DNA of 64,000 nt, from contig OX337234.1 in the NCBI GenBank assembly GCA_946965045.2, positions 3,038,001 to 3,102,000 on the forward strand. The letters run 5' to 3'. The notes below the pieces were generated by a model. That model was not told the DNA's origin. It ran no database searches and was given only the letters and a program-made list of their open reading frames with translations. Positions 8,628-17,800 of the stretch are shown one piece after another (position 1 is the stretch's first letter; each line of letters opens with the position of its first letter). The translations under genes were made by a program, and so were the position numbers. This DNA is from Epithemia pelagica (taxonomy: Eukaryota > Protista > Bacillariophyta).

Positions 8628-10973
8628 CTAGGAAGGTTGGTAGGATTTCATAACGCTTTGGGCCACGGCGGTGGCAAAGTGGACTGGAACGGCATTCCCA
8701 ATGAGTTGCCGTTGTTGGGAAGGAGTACCACTCAACTTGTAGGTATACGGAAAGCTCTGTAGTGTGGCACGTTCTCGAACTGTCACAAAACGGTTCAAGG
8801 TGTGATGCTTAATGGGTCGTTGACATCGGACCGTTCGAGCAAAGTCGTCGACACATTGACTCAAACGATCGTATTCCTTGTTGGTGGCGGTTGGTGGTGG
8901 TTCGGATGCTGTTTCTTCAATCCTGTGATCGTCAACTTTGACACCGTCTACAAAGACACGACCATTTCCTGGTACGGGTGAAACGTCTGCCAACGGTTGC
9001 AGTGCCTCACGGATTCGTAATTTTCGTGGGACGGGCACTGGCACGGAGGGTAGCTCGACCGTGGGAAGAGCCGCAACGATCCACACACGACTTCGACTTT
9101 GGGGATCTCCATAATCTTTGGCATTGGCAATAAAGATTCGAACTTGATAGTTGAGCAACAGTAAATCTGTAATAATTCGTTCTGGATACGAACGATTGTC
9201 TTTGTGAAGCATACCAGTGACATTTTCCAGAGAGGCAGTGGTGGGTCGGAAGAACTTAATGGCTTTTACAAATTCGTAGGATGCTTCATTGTTGCGGCGA
9301 TCGTTCGTCCCTCCGTTGCGATTGGCGGCCGAAAAGCCTTGACAGGGGGGACTTGCGTGAATGTGATGTGGGAAGCCTGGCTTGGGGTATCCCGGGGCGT
9401 TGTTCGAACACTTGTCCATAAAGATATCAACTCTTTCTTGGTACGTTTCCAGGCCATCGTGTCCCCTGACGTGGAAGCTGGACTCGTTGCGTTCCAGGGT
9501 GGAAATGGCATCGGGACTATGGTCCACGGCGTATTTCGGGATCATACCAGCCGCGCAAAAACCCAACGCAGATCCACCGGCCCCAGCAAACAATTCCATT
9601 AAGATAGGGTGTTCAAGAGCCAGTTTCCGTAGTTGCCCCTGATCTTTGCCTGGAAAGGTGAAGGATACATTAAAGCCTTCGGCATGTTTCTCCTGGTCGG
9701 GGTTATTTTCATAGACGCACTCTGGTGTTGCATCCAATGTCACTCGGTCACCCAAGTTTTTCACCGGAACCCAGAGGTCGGAACGCTGCTTCCAGATCAT
9801 TTTATCTTTGGAATGGTTCACAGCGCGCCAAGTCTCATTTGTTCTTAGCAGTTCTGCCATTTCTCGTCCTAGAAATGTCTCTTGAATGTCAATGTACACC
9901 TCACTGCAACGGGCAACCTTGCGTTGTTGAATACAGCCAAATTCGGCCAGTCGCACAATACAATTCGTTCCCTTTAAAACGAACTGAAAAGTTTCATTCT
10001 CGATGAAAAGGCGGTGCTCGTGAAAGACTCGTGCCCGGTTGTCTTCTAGTCTGGGCCACGTGTGCAAACGTCTCAGAACAGAAGGAGATGATGATGACCG
10101 CGACGATTCGAACCCATCGAATTGGGTCAGGGTCGGGTTGCCCAAGCATTTTCGTCTTTTAGATACAGTTGGGGGTTCCTTCCCGTCAGCTGACTGTAGT
10201 GGCGTGCCATCCTGGACGGAATCAATGGATACCCGATGATGCAGATGATCCGGAGGTGGTTCGGTATGGTTATCAAGATCATGGTCATCCTCATTAGGTA
10301 TCATGTAATTCTGTGTTAAGATGCTCAGCTCTCTCTCGGATAAATCAAGTTGTGACTCACTGTCTTGGACCAGATCGACATATTTCTTGTTGTCACCATC
10401 ATCCATAATATCCTTGTCGTTCTCCAGTTCGATAATGGAATTTATATACGGCTCCGACTGCGATGAAGAAATGATATTGTCTTGTTCTGTCTTCATGTAT
10501 ACAGAGTCCTCATCATTGGGCGGCAGCTTTCTATCTGGGCTGTTGTTTCGGTTCCCGTTTGACACGGCATGTGGAACGCGGGTTTTGGTATCGCCATGGA
10601 CAGCAGATGAACATGTTGGTGTGGGAGGATTGAAAGCATGATCCATTTCCATGCCATGCATACCTGGGTTTCGCTCGTATGATGAATAGCCCATGCCATT
10701 GTTTCTCGTTGTTGGTGTGCTCATGGATATGACAGAAGCTGGGGCTGATTCTGTCGCAACGGAGGTGTTTGTGTTTCCTGCTTGGTTTTGTGGACTTGCT
10801 TGTCTTTCCATCGAATGTTTTCTCATAATCTTGGCCTCCATTTCAAAATACTGAGACGGTAGGCTACCGTAAGAATCATTGTCATCGTCTTCGTCCTCCT
10901 GTTTTATATCGGAAGAGTGATGGAAGTTGTGGGTTCCTGCATTATCGCTTTTCCATCCGTGGTTGCCCTGCAT
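8628..10973 (-). CDS. DNMT4: DNA (cytosine-5)-methyltransferase, RID/Masc1 (DNMT4)-like, copy A
   Basis: Motif I ELFAGAGG, IV HASPPCQGFS, VI SLENVTG, VIII DYGDPQSRSR, IX TVRERATLQSFP, X QLIGNAVP. Post-motif-IV GGTNDRRNNEAS resembles Masc1/RID as recalled. First ATG at 10973 (computed ORF starts at TTG 11024). The C5-MTase call is firm; the subfamily is less so. Confidence 0.88.
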   Translation of the reverse strand: MQGNHGWKSDNAGTHNFHHSSDIKQEDEDDDNDSYGSLPSQYFEMEAKIMRKHSMERQASPQNQAGNTNTSVATESAPASVISMSTPTTRNNGMGYSSYERNPGMHGMEMDHAFNPPTPTCSSAVHGDTKTRVPHAVSNGNRNNSPDRKLPPNDEDSVYMKTEQDNIISSSQSEPYINSIIELENDKDIMDDGDNKKYVDLVQDSESQLDLSERELSILTQNYMIPNEDDHDLDNHTEPPPDHLHHRVSIDSVQDGTPLQSADGKEPPTVSKRRKCLGNPTLTQFDGFESSRSSSSPSVLRRLHTWPRLEDNRARVFHEHRLFIENETFQFVLKGTNCIVRLAEFGCIQQRKVARCSEVYIDIQETFLGREMAELLRTNETWRAVNHSKDKMIWKQRSDLWVPVKNLGDRVTLDATPECVYENNPDQEKHAEGFNVSFTFPGKDQGQLRKLALEHPILMELFAGAGGSALGFCAAGMIPKYAVDHSPDAISTLERNESSFHVRGHDGLETYQERVDIFMDKCSNNAPGYPKPGFPHHIHASPPCQGFSAANRNGGTNDRRNNEASYEFVKAIKFFRPTTASLENVTGMLHKDNRSYPERIITDLLLLNYQVRIFIANAKDYGDPQSRSRVWIVAALPTVELPSVPVPVPRKLRIREALQPLADVSPVPGNGRVFVDGVKVDDHRIEETASEPPPTATNKEYDRLSQCVDDFARTVRCQRPIKHHTLNRFVTVRERATLQSFPYTYKLSGTPSQQRQLIGNAVPVHFATAVAQSVMKSYQPS

Positions 10974-11270
10974 GGTATGATACGTTTGCTTTCTCGTTTT
11001 CCGTTTCGAGGTGATTTCACACAAAGCGTTTGTTGTCCGTCCTTGCTATCTCTCTCACACCTCACACCGGTGCTCCGTGGGGAGCAGTAGTGATGATCCT
11101 CTCGCGTACTCCTTCTAGTAGGAGTAATCACTCCCTCTAATAGAACTTTCTCTTTGGCTTTGGAGGGTTCACTTCAATAGATCAGGATTTGCTCTTTCGA
11201 AGATACACATAAAATGATGAGAGACGCCAATAGAACTGTCATGCCCCGAACAAAACAAAAAGAAAAAAGT

Positions 11271-11314
11271 GTGACAAGGGAACCCCTGCGGCGGTTAACG
11301 TCTTGTGCGCGCAG
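11271..11314 (-). promoter_or_regulatory. Conserved upstream element of DNMT copy A
   Basis: The minus strand carries CTGCGCGCACAAGACGTTAA (11295-11314), identical over 20 bp to 55941-55960, followed by TGTCAC (11271-11276). Confidence 0.7.
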
Positions 11315-11727
11315 GTGCAAGGAAATTAGAAGTTATCGGACCGGCTCACGTTTTGGGGGATATGTGCTCACGGCACACGGCACGCACACCGGCCGAAACA
11401 TGTCCTCGCACAAAATGTCGTTGGCAAAGTCTCCAGACATCAGAATCAGACCGCTACAATACGACCTACCGGTAGATACTACGACAGATCTTCGTCAATC
11501 GTCACTTCCGCGCTCTATTTCCCTACCTAGGCGATCATAAACCTAAAAGCTTCCCCCATCTTTGTTATGAACTTCTTTTGATGCGATATCAATCATGCAT
11601 CGCCTCTAGACAACCGATCCAATAGAACCGTCCCAGATTGTTCAGGAATTCCCCCATGCTGTATGAGCCCAACTTTTCGGGAATTCAATCCCCTGTTAGA
11701 CACTCAGGCTAGGTCATCCCAATCAGT

Positions 11728-14430
11728 CTATGCTTGGACCTTGTCAGTGTCTGCCTTTTGATAGGACTGCCCAATGCTTTGAGCCACAGCTGTGGCAAAG
11801 TTCACGGGGACGGCGTTTCCAATCAGTTGTTTCTTTTGGGGTGCCGACCCACTAAACTTGTACGTAAAGGGAAAACTCTGTATCGTGGCACGTTGTCGAA
11901 CCGACATGCATTGATCCAATACCTGATGCTTTATAGGTCGTTGACACCGCACCGTGGGTGCAAAATCTTGGCATGGACCGAAAGTATCGCACTCGTTCTT
12001 CAGTGTCGTTTCTTCAATGCTGTGATCGTCCACGGCAATTTCAATGCCATTCTGCATAATATGGACTCGGCCATTTCCTTCCACGGGGTCAATACCTTCC
12101 AACGGAGCAAATGCATCCTTAACTGTGAGTGTTCGTGAGGCTGGCGGTGGAACGGGTGGTAGCGGGACAGTGACACGAGCGGCAAAGATCCACACACGAC
12201 AACGACTTTGTGGATCGCCATAGTCTTTGGCATTGGCAACAAAGATTCGAACTTGGTAGTTCATCAAGAGAAGTTCTGCCACAATTTTTTTTGGATACGA
12301 AATACATCCAGGTCGAAGCATGCCAGGAACGTTTTCAAGTGAGGCCGTCGTGGGCTGAAAATATTTGATCGCTCTCACAAATTCATACGATGCTTCATTG
12401 TTGCTGAGGTCATTGGTCCCTCCCGTCCGATTCGCTGCCGAAAAGCCCTGACACGGGGGACTTGCATGAATGTGATCAATATCGTGCGGCTGGGGATACC
12501 CTTTTGTTTTCCTTTCACACTTTTTCAAGAAGATCATGACGCTCTCTTCGTACGTTTCCAGGTCGTGCTTTAGTCCCATAACAGAAAAGTGAGACTTGTT
12601 GCGTTCCAGGGTGGAAATGGCATCGGGATTCAGGTCAACGGCATATTTTGGGATGAGACCAGCTCGTGCGAATCCCAGTGCGGCGCCGCCACCTCCTGAA
12701 AATAGATCCAAAACAGTAGGATGATTGCCTATTGGTTTTATTGGATCCATGCATTCCTCAGTGACGAGTGAAAAGGATGCCTGATATCCTTCACCATGTT
12801 TCTCCTGATTGGGATTAATCTCATATACATACGCAGGCTTGTTGTCTAGAGATACCTTGTCTCCCAATTCTCGTAGACGGGCACAGAGAGTAGTTTCTTG
12901 TTTCCAAAGGAGTAAGTTTTTGGAGGGGTGTTGGTCAATCCACCGTTCATCTTGTATGACTTGATTTGCCATTTCGGGTCCCACAAACGTGTCATCCAGA
13001 CAAATATACATAACATCACAATAGGCGCAATAAAACTTGCGTTTGGCGTCCAAATCAATTCGTGATATGGTGACGAGAAAGCCTTTTCCTTGCATTTCAT
13101 ACTGAAAGGTTTCGCCCACCATAAAGAGTCGATCATCGATGAAAATACTCTTTCCATCGTCGCTCAGTTTTGGTCTGCTGTGTCCACGTTTTGGAGCAAA
13201 AGATGACGAGGATGAACGCGATGAATTGGGCCAGTGATGTTTCAGTGTTGATTTGGTGGTGGAGGATTCTGGTTCCTTCAAAGACGCAATGGGTTCCTCC
13301 TTCACATCTTCTTGTAGAAAGTCATCTGAAAGAACGTCCGTTGATTCTAGATCCGAGCAGTCTGGATCATCTGAGGTAGTTGCCTCGTGCTCGACGTTCT
13401 GATTGTTCTCCGTAATGTTGGTAGGGGTCGGCACACCTTGTGTCAAGTCAATCAATTCCTTCTCCGTCAACTCTTCGTCTTCATCCACCACCAGGTAGTC
13501 CTCGTTGGCGATTTTCTCCTTCCAGAACTGTAATCGCTTCGTATGGTTGGTGGATCCATTGTTTTGGTCGTTATCTCTACTTTTGGTTTGTTCTGGCACG
13601 TTATTGTCATCAAATTTCGTCGGATTTCTGTCATGCTCTTTATTGTTGGTATGCTCATCCAAACATTGATCTTTGGAATCAACATCGGACATTTCCGGTT
13701 GATCACTTTCATTGGATTGGTGATCCTCGGCGTTCTCGTGATCCTCATTTTCACGCGCAGTGCAGTTGCTTTGGTTCGTGGATCCATTGTTTGGGCCGTT
13801 ATCTCGACTGATGGTTTGTTCTGGCACGTTATTGTCATCTAACTTCGTCGGATTTCTGTCATGCTCTTTCGTGTTGGTATGCTCATCTATACATTGATCT
13901 TTGCAGACAATATGGGACATTTCCGGGTCATCACTTGTGTTGGATTGGTGGTCCTTGGCGTTCTCTTTATCCTCATTTTCACGTGCAGTGAAGTTGCTAT
14001 GGTTTTGTGACAAGGAAAAGTGTCGGGTCGTACTTTCCAGGTCGTTACTGCTGTTTAGGTTGCTGTTATGGTTACTCTCATCTTTTTGTGGTTCCCCTGT
14101 ATGACTGGTAGCTTGTTCTCCTGGAGCAAGACTGGGGGTGGTCGTCTCCTTTGTGTTTGTTGTGCAAACCGGATTGGATTTTTTGGTAGACCACATGGAA
14201 TCCAACGTGGATTGGCGTTTGTCCCATGATGCAACACTAGCCGTGTCATTCGTGTTCGATTGGCTGGACACTTTTATCCCCAGCCAGTCCGATAATGTTT
14301 GTTGGCGTCGAGGCGCTCCATTGGGGGTATCATGATGGATTGGTAGGCTCGATCGTTTTCGTTTCTTTTGTTGCTTGGAGGATGATGGCGTCGTCGTGTC
14401 CGATCCTGTCGGGGCTTTGGCGGCCATCAT
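11728..14430 (-). CDS. DNMT4: DNA (cytosine-5)-methyltransferase, RID/Masc1 (DNMT4)-like, copy B
   Basis: DLFSGGGG, HASPPCQGFS, SLENVPG, DYGDPQSRCR, SVRQRATIQSFP, QLIGNAVP. The computed start at 14610 is GTG; ATG 14430 (MMAAKAP) is preferred because the shared promoter motif lies between the two. Confidence 0.88.
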   Translation of the reverse strand: MMAAKAPTGSDTTTPSSSKQQKKRKRSSLPIHHDTPNGAPRRQQTLSDWLGIKVSSQSNTNDTASVASWDKRQSTLDSMWSTKKSNPVCTTNTKETTTPSLAPGEQATSHTGEPQKDESNHNSNLNSSNDLESTTRHFSLSQNHSNFTARENEDKENAKDHQSNTSDDPEMSHIVCKDQCIDEHTNTKEHDRNPTKLDDNNVPEQTISRDNGPNNGSTNQSNCTARENEDHENAEDHQSNESDQPEMSDVDSKDQCLDEHTNNKEHDRNPTKFDDNNVPEQTKSRDNDQNNGSTNHTKRLQFWKEKIANEDYLVVDEDEELTEKELIDLTQGVPTPTNITENNQNVEHEATTSDDPDCSDLESTDVLSDDFLQEDVKEEPIASLKEPESSTTKSTLKHHWPNSSRSSSSSFAPKRGHSRPKLSDDGKSIFIDDRLFMVGETFQYEMQGKGFLVTISRIDLDAKRKFYCAYCDVMYICLDDTFVGPEMANQVIQDERWIDQHPSKNLLLWKQETTLCARLRELGDKVSLDNKPAYVYEINPNQEKHGEGYQASFSLVTEECMDPIKPIGNHPTVLDLFSGGGGAALGFARAGLIPKYAVDLNPDAISTLERNKSHFSVMGLKHDLETYEESVMIFLKKCERKTKGYPQPHDIDHIHASPPCQGFSAANRTGGTNDLSNNEASYEFVRAIKYFQPTTASLENVPGMLRPGCISYPKKIVAELLLMNYQVRIFVANAKDYGDPQSRCRVWIFAARVTVPLPPVPPPASRTLTVKDAFAPLEGIDPVEGNGRVHIMQNGIEIAVDDHSIEETTLKNECDTFGPCQDFAPTVRCQRPIKHQVLDQCMSVRQRATIQSFPFTYKFSGSAPQKKQLIGNAVPVNFATAVAQSIGQSYQKADTDKVQA
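13549..14004 (-). repeat. In-frame tandem duplication, 2 x 228 bp (76 aa), in the N-terminus of DNMT copy B
   Basis: NHSNFTARENEDKENAKDHQSN...NNGST followed by NQSNCTARENEDHENAEDHQSN...NNGST; units at 13777-14004 and 13549-13776. Confidence 0.93.
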
Positions 14431-14530
14431 GCCGTATCCTGAATTTGCTCTTATGCTGTTCGTCTGTGAACTCGATCCAGTTCCATCTCGAGACGAACAA
14501 AATGTCTTTTGCTGCTCCCTCGCTGCGGCT

Positions 14531-14557
14531 GTGACAGCCCAAAAAATCTTGTGCGCG
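14531..14557 (-). promoter_or_regulatory. Conserved upstream element of DNMT copy B, in a divergent promoter shared with URB2
   Basis: Minus strand CGCGCACAAGA (14547-14557) followed by TGTCAC (14531-14536). Confidence 0.6.
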
Positions 14558-14805
14558 TGGGGTGGTGCTGCGAAAACCATCCCCCCATGCCCCATGCTCG
14601 CGCCCGTCACGCCCCGTTCGCTCTTTCGAAACGACGCAGGTCAGACGCCAGAGATCCTTCCAACACATCAACTACAGTTCCAGATCCACCATCCATCAAT
14701 CGCATCCCGTTTTCTTGAACAGGAGACAAGATCAAGCAAGTAAAGGAACAGAACTGCACTAATACCTCGGAGTTTTCTTTCTCCGTCAAGGGTAGAATAT
14801 CAGAT

Positions 14806-17800
14806 ATGCCAAATGCGCTCAAGAGCCGGAAAAGTTCGAGTACCAAAAAGAAGAAGCGCAAGACAAGAGAACCATCAAATGACGACGAGGATGATCATGA
14901 ACTAGGCAAGAGTGAGAACGACACACCCTCCATCGAGCGGATAACCGTCACCGAATCCCAAGAACCACAGCCCTCCGTATCGAATGAAAATGGCAAAAAG
15001 AACGCATCGTTTCCAATACAAGCGCCATCACAAACGACAGATTCATCCAAACCGACTCCTTCGCCCCTCCATGAACCGAAACAGGATCCGATGGAAGAGT
15101 TGCTTCCTCATTGTATTGAATTTTCCGATGGCATTCACAAGAACAAAAAGAGTCACGGTCCAACGGTTCAGGACCCCTCGCGCAAAGGCTTTGTTCGCTC
15201 GGTCCATGTGTTGGTCGAGTATTTAGAACAAGCACAGGCAGACGAAAAGCAACTACAACAAGAACAACAACAAAATGAGATGACGAATCCTAATCCAACG
15301 ACAACGAAGGACCAACTTCTTGGTCGCTCTATGAAGGAAACTATTGCACACTTGTTTTTCCCTTGGGTGGTTTCGCAATTGCAGTTTCTCCAAGGAGCCC
15401 CTCCTTCTCCTGCCACCTCTTCGGTCATCACAACGACGACGAAAGCCTCTACAGCACCAATTCTCCAACAAGAGCTGGACCGTCCCTTTCTGTATCGCTG
15501 TTTCCATATTTCGTTGCGGACCTTGCTGCCGGTGGGATCTTTGACGGAAACATCAAGACAAAGCCATTCTTCTTGGTCCTCCCACTTGAAGAATGGGAAC
15601 CTCAGTGTCGTATCCGCCATTTTGACGCAAAGTACCTTGGCCAAACTCATTCCACCCCTTTTGGAGTATGCGTTGCAAGCGCCAATCCATTCAGAGAAAA
15701 TAGCCACGAAAGCATCAGTGAAGGAAACCCAAACAGCCAGACAACTCTACAGTGCCCTCTTGTCTTTTCGCGATTCGGTTCACGAATCCATCTTGTTTCG
15801 ACCCACATTGGAAAAAGCACTCGGGTCCTTGGTTGTGCCCTTAGCCGATTCAATGTCGATTGGATTAACTGCTGGTGTGTCCTTGGAGGAAACCTCATTG
15901 TCCACGGACATGTCTCTTTCGTTGACTGTCACCACGTTGCAATGGCTGCATACAACAGTCCTGCCACGAGGAAATCCCAAAACAACCTTTCACTTGCTCG
16001 TTCAACCCAGTATCCTTGCGGCCCTTTCCAAACTCTATTACGCTGATCCATATCGCAATGGCCAGAACAAAGACAACATGTTCCCGCCAAATGCGCTCAA
16101 GAGTTCCTCTGGCATCCTCCCTCTGGATAAGAACCAAACGGACAACCGTTCTTTCGCATCTTCAGACTCTAATAATACAGTGTCTTGTTGGATTCATAAA
16201 ATGGTGGCTCATGGTATGGTCAGTTGTCACCACCATTTGGAAGGATTGTTGGGTATTCTCTTGCAACGCAGACGACGAAGACAACAAGAAGGACCGCAAA
16301 ATCAAGATGTTGCGACAGATAAAGACTATCCATTGGAAACGAACAAAGCCTTTCGAAGTTATCAAGAGGAACTGGTCGCTCTTTTGGAGTCGGGCTTTCT
16401 CTGGCCCAAGGAGAGTTCCACTGCACAGGACGAGAACATGAACACTGATACGATGGTGGTGACGCAAAAACAAATACTGGCATGTATACGATTTCTTCCA
16501 GTGGTTTGGCAAGAGTTTTTGATACAATTCGATTTGTTGAAACTCTCGAAACACGGCCAACACGTTCAGAAGAAACAAAGGACCGATGCGTCGTCCTCCT
16601 CTGCCTTGACCTCGTCTGCCAATGCATTTGAATTCTTTCAACTCATGGCAACGCCACTCCTTTGTTTGTTAAACAATGAAGATGATCATACATTGGACCG
16701 TGTCATTGCTCTGGAAGCCCTGTCTCAACTGACCCGTCTCTTGTTTGTACACAATGTCTACATTGCCTCGCAAGACGATGCAATGCAAAGTCAAACGCAC
16801 TTTCTGGAATCCATTGTTACGTCACTCTTGGAAGTTCAACCGCGTCATCCCCGCATGGTGGACCAAGGTAACGCATCCATCCCAACCAAGACCCCGTCAG
16901 AGGAGAGTGCCTTGGCTCACAGTATTGGTACATTGAAACACTTGTTGCAATTGAATCACCACTTGCTACATTCGCGTTTGGTCCCTGTACTTTCCATGGT
17001 TTGTTCTTTTTCCGTCCCCACCAACCCGGTACATCGAGATGACGACCACCCAACAAATCCCGCTTCCGATATGGCTGTCGACTTTTTTGTGGGTCTCGTG
17101 GACACGTATCAGAAATTGCGCCAGTCCACCTCTCTGGTCCACTCGGTGTTACAAGTCATGAGTTCCCTGTCGTCTACCTCCCAGAAACACGGTGATGGAA
17201 GCAAGGCCTTGCTCTGGCTCTTGCGTCGCGCCAATGTTCAAATGGCATGGTCCTCGGCCATGCACCATAGTCCTTCGAGTGAGATCCAGACCCTGTTGGA
17301 GACGTTGAGTCAGTGGTTTTCTCAAACTGCTTCTCTCGACGACAAGATTGGGGATGGTCCGCTGGACGCTTCTATGGAGAATAATGAAGAGAATGAAAAA
17401 ACTAAGAGTAGTGAAAAAGCGAACAACGAGGGTGCTTTGGATGACACCTTGGACCTTGCCACGGAATTCACAGTGTCACTTTTACAGTCAGTACCAGTAA
17501 ATCAGACCACAGCTTCGAGCGTTTCCGAGTTGGTGATGAAATTTAATCGCTCCGTCGTAGCTCCTCTCTCCGCTCATCAATCTGCTACTAGCGTAAATGC
17601 CTCTGCTTTGAAACTATGTGCTTGGTTGATTCGTCTGCAAGAACAATGTGCTTTCTGGCTCGGACGGCAACATGAATTGCTGGAGATTCCGCCAGGTGTT
17701 CAGGACCAAGTGCGTAGTGCTTGCAATCGATGCAAAAAGGAAACCAAAGATGTGCATACGTTTGATTCAGAGCCTGATAAGGAAGCTTTAGTACTTTTGG

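Noticed and set aside
8628-14430. DNMT pair as a bacterial restriction-modification system or contamination
   Set aside because: No endonuclease; long eukaryotic disordered N-termini; embedded among intron-containing and nucleolar host genes.
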